Positions 52,697 to 64,000 of a DNA stretch of 64,000 bases are shown one piece after another. The first letter of the stretch is position 1; each line of letters opens with the position of its first letter. The notes beneath the pieces were generated by a model, which was not told the DNA's origin, did no database searches, and saw only the letters and a program-made list of their open reading frames with translations. The position numbers were made by a program, and so were the translations under genes. The DNA comes from Chiloscyllium plagiosum (Eukaryota): contig NC_057717.1 of NCBI RefSeq assembly GCF_004010195.1, forward strand, positions 107,547,819 through 107,611,818, written 5' to 3'.

Positions 52697-54779
52697 TTTA
52701 AGACAGTAGTCAGGGGCCCAAACGTTTTAGACTATCACTACACCACTGAAAGATGCCTCCCGCTCCATCCCCTGCCTTCATTTCGGGAACTCCGACCACA
52801 ATGCCACGCTTCTTCTCCTGGATTACAGGTAAAGGCTCAAGCAGGAGACCTCCTCACGGATACAGGTCCAGTGCTGGTCAGAGGAGGCAGAGGATCAACT
52901 CTGGTGCTGTCTGGAATCAGCTAATTTGGGGCATGTTCAAACAGTCCGCAGGTACCTTGGACGAGTTCGCCACCACTGTCAGCAAGTGTGTGGAGAACTG
53001 CATACCGAGGAAATGAATCCAGGTATTCCCCAACAGGAGGCCTGGATGAATCAGGACATACAGAATCTGCTAAAAACTAGGCCTGAGGCCTTCAGATCAA
53101 GAGTCTAGATTAGAGTGGTGCTGGAAAAGCACAGCGGGTCAGGCAGCATCTGAGGAGCAGGAAAAGCTTGACCTGCTATGCTTTTCTAGCACAGCTCTAA
53201 TCTAGACTCTAGTTTCCAGCATCTGCAGTCTTGTTTTTACCCTTCAGATCAGGAGACCCACTCAAATATAAGGAATCCAAGTGTGACCTTCGCAGAGCCA
53301 TTAAGACAGTTAAGGACCAATACCGATCCAAACTAGAGACCCAGACAGGCACCTGGTCACTGTGGCAAGGACTGAATGACATCACAAATTTGAAAAAGAG
53401 AGTGCAAGATAGCCGACGATGACATGTCCCTCCCAGATTCTCATTGCCTTCTTTGCTCGCTTTGATTAAAATTTTGGTGGAGAGGTAACACCTATTTTGA
53501 CAAGTCCGGACGAACCTATCCCAAGAGATACTGCATCAGAGGTCAGATCGGTTTTCCTTTGTGAGAATCCAAGGAAAGCGATGGGACTAGACAGAGTACC
53601 AGGCCATGCACAGATCAACTGGCAGAGGTCTTCTCTGATATCTTCAACCTTTCCCTGCAGCAGGCCACAGTCCCTGCCTGTTTCAAGAGGCCAACATCAT
53701 CCCTGGCCCTAAGAAGGCTCACGCAGCATGTCTCAATGACTACCGCCCAGTGGCCCTAGCTTTGGTGGTCATGAAGTGCTTTTGAAAGGCTGATCATGGC
53801 AGTAATCAACTCCAGCCTCCCCCTACACTTGACCCACTCCAATTTGCTTATCAGACCAACAGATGCATGTCAGATGCCATATCACTTGCCCTTCACTTCC
53901 CTAGAACATCTTGACACCAAGAACAGCTACGTAAGAATCCTACTCATTGGCTACAGTGCAACCTTCAACGCTATTATCCCCTTAAGACTGATTTACTAAA
54001 CTTAGTGATCTCAGACTGAGCCCCACTCTCTGCAACTGGATCCTCAGTTTCCTGACCCACAGGCCACAATCAGTGAAGACTGGGGACAATATTTCATTCT
54101 CACTAACACTCAACACTGGAACTCAAAATTGACTTTCGGCAGGATGTTACTCGTTCCATCTCTGTGCTGGTAATGTGTAGGGGGGAATGAGTGGAGAGTG
54201 TCAAGCTCTTGGGAGTGGTCATCCACAACAAGCAGCTCTTGGACTCTTCATGTGAATGCACTGGTTACAAAGGCCCAACAACATCTCTTCCTCCTCGGGC
54301 AGCTGAGGAAATTTTGACATGACGGTGAATACCCTTGCCAACTTTTATAGATGCACCATCGAGAGCATTCTGTCTGGATGTATCACTACCTGATATGTCA
54401 ACTGTACCATTCAAGATCGGAGACTGTTGCAGAGTGTGATGAACTCGGCCCAGATAATCACAAAGGCCAACCTCCCGTTTATAGAATCCATCTACATGGC
54501 CCACTGTCAAGGAAAAGCCACCAGCATTCTCAAAGATCCATCCCACTCTGGCAATGCTTTTCTACAACTTCTACCATCGGGGAGAAGGTACAGAAGCCTG
54601 AACACATGCACCAGTTGGCTTTGGAACATTTTCTATCCTACTGTTGTTAAAATACTGAATTGACTCAAAACATTCGCCTGTACCTGTTTTTATTTTTGCT
54701 GCTATTATCTATGCTACTTGACTCTGTGATCTGCCTGCATTGCTCACAAGACAAAGCTTTTCACTGTGCCTCTGTACAC
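52697..54779 (+). mobile_element. Rex1/Babar-clade LINE, truncated, interrupted at 53100-53240
   Basis: LEHLDTKNSYVRILLIGYSATFNAIIP and LPSGRRYRS. Same family as 5785-7245. Confidence 0.85.
53100..53240. mobile_element. Short fold-back Penelope-derived element with 11-bp TSD
   Basis: CCTTCAGATCA at 53089-53099 and 53241-53251. Arms AGAGTCTAGATTAGAG / CTCTAATCTAGACTCT. The hammerhead segment is absent. Confidence 0.8.
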
Positions 54780-56769
54780 AGGACAGATATTTCCAACCAT
54801 TTTCTGTGGAAACTTTGTTTAATCCCCAGAGTATAGGAAGTTTAGGTGAGATATACACAAGATTTGAATGGACGAGGTCATGTTCGAATGGCAGGTACAT
54901 CGCCCTCAAGTGTTTTGAGTAAGTTAGTATGGCGGAGACTGACAACACTTCAGATTCGACTCCTACTATCCCTCTGTCAGGATAGCTTCAGGGGACTGTT
55001 GCTGACCTCACTCACGGAGATCAGAAAGGGATAATAATTTTTGGAAAAATTAACACTTCATTACACGAAAAGAGCATGCAATTTTCAACACAGCAAACTG
55101 TGTGTATTTATCTCTGAATATTTATCTTCCCATTGAGAAGCGTTTTGTTACAAGACATGTGGTCTGATTAATCTGATGCTGTGCAGCACATTCCATTCCT
55201 GTTCTCCACATGGTGCCACTGAAGTTTGTGTTCAGGCACTGCACATACTTTCTCCAAATATTGTAGTAAAGAAAAATCCATTTCAAATAGTGAAATCATA
55301 AAAGAACTTGTTTTTCAATGCAATTTATGGGCATGTTTGGCTTTTTACAAAGTGGGTAGGAGCAAGAATGATGTCCTAGTGAAATGGGGGATGAAATGTT
55401 AAAGTGGGTTGTCAGAATTCCATGCCTGGTAGTAGATGGCTCTTAATGATTGCTGACTCCATGTTCATGGACACACCATGGAAAGGTGTCTGTTGTAGGC
55501 AGATGGCATTCTGACTGCAGGTTTTACAGTTGGGGATGGTCATTTTAGCAGAATGTTTCTCTTATTTGGTTCTGATGTTGGGATCTGTTATTCAGTATAA
55601 TCCCTTTGTCCAAGGGGGGATATGTGCAGGCCCCTCTCTCCAGTTACATTCCAGTTATGGTCTGTCATTTGCCAATCTCGTAAAGAAACTGAAAAACTCA
55701 TTAATCACAGATTTACACAGGACAGAAAGGGACTCTTGGTCCATTGTGTTTACATCAACTCTCGGAAAGAGCATTTCGCTTAATACCATTCTCCGATCTT
55801 TGCCTCGTAACCCCCACTTTGATCCTTTTCAGATAACTCCCTTTTGATTGCATTGATTCAAGTGGCTTCTCCCATATCCTCAAGACCCTTGTCACTAATG
55901 TCTCTGCATTGGGCATTTGCTGGTTTAAACCTAATTCCAAGATTATAGCATGTAAATTGTGCTGATGTTCTAGTAGTGTGTGAGGATTGCTGGGCTGTAA
56001 GAAGTGCATTTTGGTCACTTAAAATGATATTAAAACCTTTGGTATGTTCACCATCATGAGGGCAATCTTTTGATTAATTGGAGATAGATTAATTGAGTTC
56101 CTTTCTCAGTAGATACTCCTGCCAAATTTATTCAAAGACTCATACAGTACAGAAGAGGCCTTTTGGTTTGAGTCTGCACTGACATAAACTACTCCATATC
56201 CCACTTTCGAGCACTTGGCTATTAGCCTTATGTTATAACATTTAAGTGCTCATCTAAGTACTTTAAGGGTTGTGATGTTTCCTGCTTCAAGTCCCTGCCC
56301 CGGGCACATGATTTGTTCCAGTGCTGTTTGTGGAGAGGGTTATAGTTTATCTCTTGACTATATATCTATCTGCAGAATGCAGCCACTGATCTTTCCAATT
56401 AACTCCTGATTAAAATCACCCGGATGTTCTGACAATGTAAGAAGTCAACGTGTGAATTGTTTCCTCTTGTGTTTGTTTAATTAGTGCATGTTGTCAGTGG
56501 CAGAATATCAACGTATTGGTAACTTCACTTTGGGATCAATTGCTTTCTTTAATTTGTCTTTTCAATCTCCAAATGTAAATTGAGAGCAGAACTTAGACAG
56601 CAAGATATTTCCTGTGGTGATATTGCGCAGTTTGCTACATAAACAGTCAAGTCTACATGTCTGTATAGAGCATGATTGTAAACTGCTACTTAAATGAACT
56701 GAACATTCTTTTCAAAAAAACGAAGCCAGCTTATAAAGAGAAGGATCAGGTTAATGTTTTAAATATAAC

Positions 56770-57129
56770 TAAAGGTAAAAACCACTCAACACCAGGTTAT
56801 AGTCCAACAAGTTTATTTGCAAGCACTAGCTTTTGGACCACTGCTCCTTCAGGTGATTGTGGAGAATAAGATTGTAAGACACAGAATTTATAGCAAAAGT
56901 TTAAGTACGATGTAACTGAAACGATATATTGAAAAAGACCCGGATTGTTTAAGTGTCTCATCTCTTAGAATGAACATGTTGGTTTCAGTTCAGATGGTTT
57001 CACAATCACCTGCTGAAGGCGCAGCGTTCTGAAAGCTAGTGCTTCCAATTAAACCTGTTGGACTATAACCTGGTGTTGTGTGATTTTTAACTTTGTCCAC
57101 CCCAGTCCAACACCGGCGTTTCCAAATCT
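56770..57129. mobile_element. Fold-back Penelope-derived element (family B) with degenerate hammerheads
   Basis: Arms at about 56771-56862 and 56999-57094. CAC-CTGCTGA-AGGCGCAGCGTTCT-GAAAGCTA-GTG at 57007-57041. Confidence 0.8.
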
Positions 57130-57649
57130 TAAATGTAACAGTTAGTGTTAGCACAAACTGTTGGGTATTCTGGTGTTTGTGATTTAAATTTATAGGATTT
57201 TAAAATTGTTTTCTATTTGCTGCAATGTTTGGCAGAGGGAGAATTCCCAGAATGTGGCAATGTTTAACGTTTTTGTTTGCTAGTAGCCAGGATTATCAAT
57301 CCACAAACAAAAGTCACCAATATTAGAGAATTAGAGGGAAGATGGCAACTCTATTTAAGAACACTACAACGTGAAAGCTCCCTACGGTATTTGAAAGAAG
57401 GTTTTGTTCAAATCTCACATCAGAAGCTTGCTATCGCATTCAATCTGACATTCAAGTGCAGTGCCAAAGGCGTTCTGCACTGTTGGATGTGTCAGCTTTA
57501 GGGCAGGGTGATGAGCCTTTCAGGTTGGTTATTAAAAAAAAAAATCCTGTGGTGGTATTTAAAGAGCAAAGATTTCATTCTGTGACCTTGTCAATTTTAG
57601 TATGTCAACTGACGGATTAAAATCTCTTGGGGGGGGGGGGGGGGGGGGC

Positions 57650-57845
57650 AAGTGAGGACTGTAGATGCTGGAGAGTCAGTTGAAAAATGTGGTGCTGGAA
57701 AAGCACAGCAGTTCATGCAGCATCCAAGGAGCAGGAGAGTCGCCGCTATGGGCATAAGTCCTTCAGCCCTTTCTGATGAAGGCCTTTCTGCCCGAAACGT
57801 CCTTGGATGCTGCCTGATCTGTTGCACTTCTCCAGTGCCACACAG
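57650..57845. mobile_element. Fold-back Penelope-derived element (family A) with hammerhead core at 57773-57801
   Basis: CTGATGA-A-GGC-CTTTCT-GCC-C-GAAAC-GTC. Inverted arms TGTGGTGCTGGAAAAG / CTTCTCCAGTGCCACA. Confidence 0.75.
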
Positions 57846-58155
57846 ATAAAATTGTTTGTGGATTCTCAACACTTAGTTTTAATCAGCAGGCCCTTGGAGA
57901 GGAATATGGTTAACTTTGTATCAAATCAAACTTTAGTTAAATTCTTAACATTAACTCTTTCTCTCTCCACAGATGATGCCAGACCACTTGAATTTTTTTC
58001 CGACACACACACACTTTCTATGACTTCAAATGTTATCCGGGTATTTAGTTTGTTACTTGAGAGATCTTGTTGTGTGCACTTTGTTGTTGGAGGGTGGTTC
58101 CCATAGGAACTCATTAGGAATTACAGAATTTCAAGATGGAAGTTGTCCATGAGGT

Positions 58156-58719
58156 TGTCATTCCTTCCCCCCCCCCCCCCCCCCCCCAGTCGAAGAAAGA
58201 CACTCAGAGACAATATAACTTTACCTCCTTTATCTTTATTCTGGGCCCTGGAGGGAGAGAGAACAGTCACCCATGTGCACAAGGACATGAGTTCACGGTC
58301 TTCCCTGGAGCAGCAGTTTCTCAATGAACTATATAGTCATTTTGCAGGGAGGAGCATCCAGATAAGGCAACATACATATTAATAGGTGACCGTTGCAATC
58401 AACAATCAACGAGCATTAATAACTGAGACCAAGCCCTTTACTGTTATACAATGAATGTTCTTAACCTTGTTAACCAAATTCATACAATGAATACTTCCCC
58501 TTGTTAGCTGATCTTGCATGCTGAATGCTTCCAATATTGTTACATGGCTCTACATAATGACTGCTTTTCTGCCTTGTTAACCCACTATCCTTGCCCCCAG
58601 TGCCCCATTGTAACTGTAAGTTCTTATCTGATCTGAGTCATGCTCAGCTGAACCTCTTGTTTCACGAATCTCTGAACTTAACTCTCTTCCTGCCATCTTA
58701 TACCTATACATCATTCTCA
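58156..58719 (-). mobile_element. Solo LTR (TG...CA) with 4-bp TSD AGGT
   Basis: AGGT at 58152-58155 and 58720-58723. Reverse-complement homologue of 27573-28099. Confidence 0.8.
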
Positions 58720-59992
58720 AGGTGACTGGCGTTTGTAGAATAAATACCTGCAGAGGCCAGTTGCTATGATGGAAGAAGCATCTAGTCTCCCTGCTATGAA
58801 CAATATTGTGAAACTTTAAAGGAGTTCAGAAAAGATTTACAAAGACATTGCCAGGGTTTGAGATATAGGAAGAGGCTGAATAGGCTAAGGCCGTCTTCCT
58901 TGGAGCATCAGAGGCTGAGGGGTGACCTTTTATAGAAGTTTATAGAGTCAGGAGGGGCATGGATAGGGTGAATAGCCAATGTCATTTCCTCAGGGTAGGG
59001 GAGTCCAAAACTAGAGGGCATTGGATTACGATGATAGGGGAAAGGTTTATAAGGACCGAAAGGGCAACTTTTTCTCAGAGGTGCATGTATGGAATGAGCC
59101 ACCAGAGGAAGTGGTGGAGGGTGATACAATTACAACATTTAAAAGGATGGATGTATGAATAGGGTTTAGAGGGATATGGATCAAATGCTGGCAGATGTGA
59201 TTCGATTAATGTAGGCTATCTGGTCAGCATGGACAGGTTGGCCTGAAGGGTCAGCGATGATAATGCCATTGAATGTCAAATGGCGATGGTTAGATTCTAT
59301 CTTGTTGGCGATGGTCATTGCCTGGCACTTGTGAACATGAATGTTACTTGGCACTTGTCAGCTCAAGCCTGTGTTCTGTCCTAGTCTTGCTGCATTTCAA
59401 CATGGACTGCTTCAGTATCCGAGGAGTTTTGAGTGATGCTGAACATTGTGCAATCATTGGCAAACATCCCTACGACTGATCTCCAACAACCGCAACCGTT
59501 CTCCGATGTGCCAGGTTGCCAGGTATAGCACCAACCAGCAGAAAGAGCCACCCCCCACCTCAAAAATCCCATTGACTCCAATTTCAGTAAAACACAATAA
59601 CTGTTGTTCAGATGGTCCATGAATCTATTTATAGCCGACTAGCCTTGTTTTGTCTGTGAACCAAGACAGGTCAGGACGCAAGATCGAAGATGATGAAACT
59701 GACTATTATCCAACTAACACACCAATCAAAATCATGTTTTTCATCATTTCATGGAACCAGCAAAGTTTTGGCGAGAAACTGCACATCTGTAGGAAGGAGA
59801 GCAATTACATCTCAATTATTTGTATATGTCATTGTTCAGTAACATACTTCAGTATGAAGCTTAAGTGTTTTATGTAAGAATTAATCTTTGTTCTTGTATA
59901 AAGTTGTTAATTGTAGATAGACGTGTTTTGTAGTTTCTTTTGTTTCAGATCTGCCTTTGTTTATGTTTTCTTGTATCTTTTCATTGTTTTAG

Positions 59993-60041
59993 GTGATTCA
60001 AAGAAATATGATCCAAAATTCAAAGGCCCAGTTGCAAACAG
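59993..60041 (+). CDS. slc44a2: SLC44A2 coding exon 2 (GDSKKYDPKFKGPVANR)
   Basis: Polypyrimidine tract + AG at 59991-59992 and donor GTAGGA at 60042. 49 nt, phase 1-2. Carries the KYDPxFKGP motif of the CTL/SLC44 family. Confidence 0.93.
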
Positions 60042-60137
60042 GTAGGAGATGTTTAAATGCTGTATTCCATAGAGCTGAAGGGAAGACAGATTTTGTAGTC
60101 CTAAACTTGGGATGTGTCTGGGAAGATTATTTGAGCA

Positions 60138-60314
60138 TCACATTGGGGTACAGTACTGGGATGTATGGGTCTGCTACTCTAAAGCTGGCAGACATTGTGT
60201 ACACAGGTTTGTCACTGTGTTACACTTGGGCACTGGAGTGGACATGTCTGTCAGTGTTAAACTGGGGTGCAGTACTGGTGAGGACAGGTCTGTCACTGTA
60301 ACACTGGGGCACAG
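60138..60314. repeat. Degenerate minisatellite, unit about 42-44 bp, about 4 copies
   Basis: Recurring ACACTGGGGTRCAGTACTGG..GGACAGGTCTGTCACTGT unit. Confidence 0.65.
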
Positions 60315-61187
60315 ATTTGGTAGATTTAACTTGTGTTTTGGGAGACAGCAGATGTGCCTCTGAGAGTTGGTTATTAGATGTTCTTGCCTGCGTTAACAGA
60401 TTGTTAACCTTTCCTGCTTTGGTGTATTTTGGTTTTGAGAAATCAGTTTTGCCATTTGTGGGGTTGCATTAACAACTGGATTATCAAACAAACTTTTAAT
60501 AACCGTGAAATTAATTAAAATTAATCAGTTGATTTTATTTCTTATTGAATTGATTTAACCTGTTCAATAAACTTAGCTTTGCTGTCAGTAAGTTTGTTAT
60601 TTTCACCCTTAGGAGCAGATCCAGCTGAAGATGATGCTAGTGGTATCTTGGTTTCCGCTCCTTTTCCCTTCCCTTCCCATCCCTGTGTTTGGTCCATTCT
60701 TCCCAATGTTTTGGATTTGCTGGAAGTCCCAGTGGCACCATTCTCCCTCTAGAATGGGCACAAATGTTTGTAAATAGTGAAGGGTTAATTCAGGCATCTC
60801 ACCCAGGCCATTTGATATCTGTATGTGTTTCATGGTGATGATGATTTCGAACCTTTACAGATTTTCCCCTCTTTCTTACGGGTGGTGTGATTGTCTGAGT
60901 TGGTTTGTTCAGGGCTTGGATATATGGGACCTTTCGCTCTCTGTCATGTCATCTTTTACTTCTGTGAACTTGGAGGGCCACTCTGTAAGGTTTCACGATC
61001 AGTAAAGAAAAATCAAGAACTGCATTAGCATAAGAAAGCAGCCCAACCCATGTGGAAGAAAATGCAGAGACTAGCTGAGTGTATTGTGAACTTTTGTGCT
61101 TGTTTCCCTTAAAATGTGGCATCAGTTTGCAAGCAGGGAGAACAAAGGAAAGCATAATAAGGTGATGTCAAGCAATAGTATATGGTA

Positions 61188-61545
61188 TGGGGAGGTGATG
61201 GTCTCATTGTATTATCACTGGACTGTTAATCCAGAGACCCAGGTAATGTTGTGGCGACCCAGGTTCAAATTCTGCTGTGGTAAATGGTGGAATTTGAATT
61301 CAATAAAAACAAAATCTGAGATTGAGTCTAATGGTCATAATGAAACCATTACTGATTATTGGGAAAACCCATCTGGTTCACTAAAGTCCATCAGGGAAGG
61401 AAACTGCCATCTTTACTTGGTCTGGCCAACATGTGTCTCCAGACCCACAGCAATGTGGTTGACTCAATTGCCCTCTGGGCAATGAGGGAAGGGTGGTAAA
61501 TGCTGGTCTAGCCAGCAATGCCCTCATTCCATGCATGAGTTTTTT
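61188..61545 (+). mobile_element. tRNA-derived SINE ending about 60 bp upstream of exon 3
   Basis: Homologous to the 4280 and 49174 copies; B-box-like GGTTCAAATTC. Confidence 0.7.
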
Positions 61546-61607
61546 TAAAAAGTTTTTTTCCCTGGGTTGTTACTCTACTTGTTCTCTCATGGTCTTTATC
61601 CCTACAG

Positions 61608-61681
61608 GAGCTGCACTGACATCATCTGCTGCCTCATCTTTTTTGCAGCCACCATAGCATATGTCATTGTGGGGATAGTGG
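61608..61681 (+). CDS. slc44a2: SLC44A2 coding exon 3 (RSCTDIICCLIFFAATIAYVIVGIVA; first TM helix)
   Basis: CCTACAG acceptor and GTAAGT donor. 74 nt, phase 2-1. RxCTDxxCC motif followed by a hydrophobic segment. Confidence 0.95.
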
Positions 61682-63483
61682 GTAAGTAAATACAAACTGA
61701 TGGTGTACATATAAAAATCACCTATCCTACTAATGCTGCTAAAGCAGCCCAGCTGCGGACTGAGAATCCCGGGTTTTCAAAAACATGATATAATCACCAA
61801 ATTCCAAAGAGGGACAATGAGAAAGTCACTTAATTTTACCCTTGGTGGGTTGGACTCCTCTTCAACTGGATTCGTTTTTTTTATTTATAACCTCCACGCT
61901 CTTTGTGTGAAACCATCTGTCTTTGTTCTATTTGTGAATGAATGTGTGGGGGTTTGGATTTATAGGGAGTATAATTTAAGTTTCCCTTTAAGTAATTACC
62001 CATCAATTTTGCCACTTGTTTATTATAACCAAAATTATTCTTTAACAAGTTTTATTGTTTGTTGCTGAAAACTGATGTGAATTTCTTAAATTGGAGATGG
62101 TAGTCAAAGTCAGGCAGTGTCCATGGAGATTAAATTGGTCATTTATACTTTTGTGACAAACTGGATTAGTAATGTATGAAATTGTATTCCCTATAAATCC
62201 AAAGGTGGAGTATTGTGACTTGATTTCAGATTACTGTTCCTATCAGCAACATGGCACAACATAACAGGGCTGAGGCTGTTCGCTCACTGAACAATCAGGC
62301 AGTGTAGCAGTCCTCACTATCTGCCAGCGTAGACATTTCTCATTTGCTTGGATGTGACTTGACTAATCAAAATGTTGCAAATTAATGTTTTTGATACAAA
62401 TGAGAGAGTACAATATCAGCCTGTGCAAATGCTATGTGGACTCCTCTAGGCAGTAATGTGGGCCTTATGAAACAAAGTGTGAGAGTTTCCATTTCCAGAA
62501 TGTGGCCATTAACTACAAAACCAGAATGTCTTGTCCTTGAAGGGTGTGTAGTGATCCATTGCCTTGAAATGTGGCAGCGTGTGGTCAAAGTGTTCCCACG
62601 TTGCTGTTTAAGAGTGCTGAAGAAGAACAGCTTGCACCTCAGTGGCTTTCACGCATCTGCTGTTGTTTTGGAGGGGCTGAACTTCCTTCTCATTGCCTGT
62701 ACTGGCTGCCTTGACATTTCAGGAAGTGTATTTCCGCTATGCACTCGAAACAAACTGCATCGATGCATAGAATTCTGTTACAGGAGGAAATCATTGTGGT
62801 TACAGGCACCAATTGTTCTTAAATAAAAACAGAACGTCTGAGTCCATTGAGGCATACTCAATGAAAACAGACCCTTTTGTCCAATTCGTCCGTGCTGACC
62901 AGATATTCTGGTGAAATTCAGCAGTTCTGGCAACATCTGTGGAGAGAGAAACCAAATTAATGTTCCAATTCACCTGACTGCTTTCTAAACCCATTCTAAT
63001 CCTACTTCTCTGCTTGTTCCATTGAATATGGTTTTTTCCAAGCATATTTGTTAAACAACATTTTAACTGTATGGTACAAATGCTTCCTGCCATTTTTCAG
63101 GATATTGCACAATTGTTTCAGTATCTGGGGAGTCACAAATAGTGCTGAATATTGAACAATTATCAGCGAACATCCCCACTTCTGACCTTATGATGGAGGG
63201 AAGGTCATTGAACCATAAAGATGGTTGGATCTAGGACATTTAACTCCTGCAGTGATATCTTGGAGCTTGATAATTGAGAATATAGCTCAGGGTGTTGGGT
63301 TAGTTTGGTAGATAAAGAATTTGCCTGGGCCCAGAGACTTTTGGCCTGTTTATTATGCTGATCTTTGCTTTTCATGGGTTGAGATGGTTATATTTTCCTT
63401 TTAAGTAACAAAAGTAAAATGAATGCATTGACTATTTTCTGTGGTACTGCTGACTCTTGCCATTAATGATGGTCTATTTTTAG

Positions 63484-63568
63484 CATGGATCCATGGAGAC
63501 CCTCGCAAAGTGATCTATCCGACTGACAGTCGTGGCGAGTTCTGTGGTCAGGTTGGAGGCAGGAATGA
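63484..63568 (+). CDS. slc44a2: SLC44A2 coding exon 4 ([29 protein letters not shown])
   Basis: TTTTTAG acceptor and GTAAGT donor. 85 nt. [20 protein letters not shown] matches human CTL2 as recalled, favouring SLC44A2 over SLC44A4/A5. The gene continues beyond the window. Confidence 0.93.
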
Positions 63569-63749
63569 GTAAGTTCTGTTCTCTTCCTTGGATGCCAAAG
63601 TTAGAGACTTATCCAAAAGTGGGTTGGAATTTCAGAATAAAGCCTCAGACATGGTGGTTAAAATCTCGAAGACCACTGCCATAAAAAAAAATTACAAGTC
63701 ACCATTAACACAGTAACTTGGCCTGGGAGTGAAATTACTATGATACACA

Positions 63750-63890
63750 AGGTTAAAGCTTCATCTGGAGGCTCACTGATGATGTTACCTAGTCTGGTGA
63801 TGAAATGTCTGAAAACTAACCTTCCAGCTCAACGAGCAAACCTCCATCTAGAACCTCAACCTGAGCTACAAATCTTCTCAAAATTTGCTT
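63750..63890 (+). mobile_element. Penelope-derived 3' repeat (family C) with hammerhead motif at 63773-63812
   Basis: TCA-CTGATGA-T-GTTACC-TAGTCT-GGTGAT-GAAAT-GTC-TGA. Confidence 0.75.
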
Positions 63891-64000
63891 AGTTTAAAGG
63901 AGTCTGACAGTAAACCTATGAAAGCAAAGAGGTCTCACTGTCTGCCATGCTACCCAGTAAAACTCTCGGTAATCTTTTAATGTTGAAGGGCTTCAGAGGA

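Noticed and set aside
59993..60301. 102-aa ORF starting at exon 2, and ORF 42137-42385
   Set aside because: The first is in the wrong frame and runs into the intron. The second is real only for 42146-42179.
60138..60314. Spaced repeats superficially like a CRISPR array
   Set aside because: Degenerate tandem units with no unique spacers, in a vertebrate intron with no cas genes.

Overview
Eukaryotic, repeat-dense vertebrate DNA. The repeats (HE1-type V-SINEs with (AATCT)n tails, abundant CR1 LINEs, Penelope, Rex1/Babar and Tx1/L1 elements) point to a cartilaginous fish, probably a shark (inference). One host gene is visible: the 5' part of a + strand choline transporter-like gene, best matching SLC44A2/CTL2. 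It has two alternative phase-1 first coding exons (17045-17069 in a CpG-rich promoter; 42146-42179), then shared exons at 59993-60041, 61608-61681 and 63484-63568, and it runs off the right edge. Most other sequence is decayed transposable elements, so most ORF-track entries are retroelement debris. Most notable: (i) over a dozen minimal type-I hammerhead ribozyme motifs from three Penelope-related families, many in short fold-back elements with 11-17 bp target-site duplications (TSDs), several in sense orientation inside the gene's introns; (ii) three copies of one LTR family, each with a 4-bp TSD, one with a tRNA-Arg primer-binding-site match; (iii) a dual first-exon layout like that of mammalian CTL2. 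All calls were made by eye, TE boundaries are approximate, and there are three N gaps.
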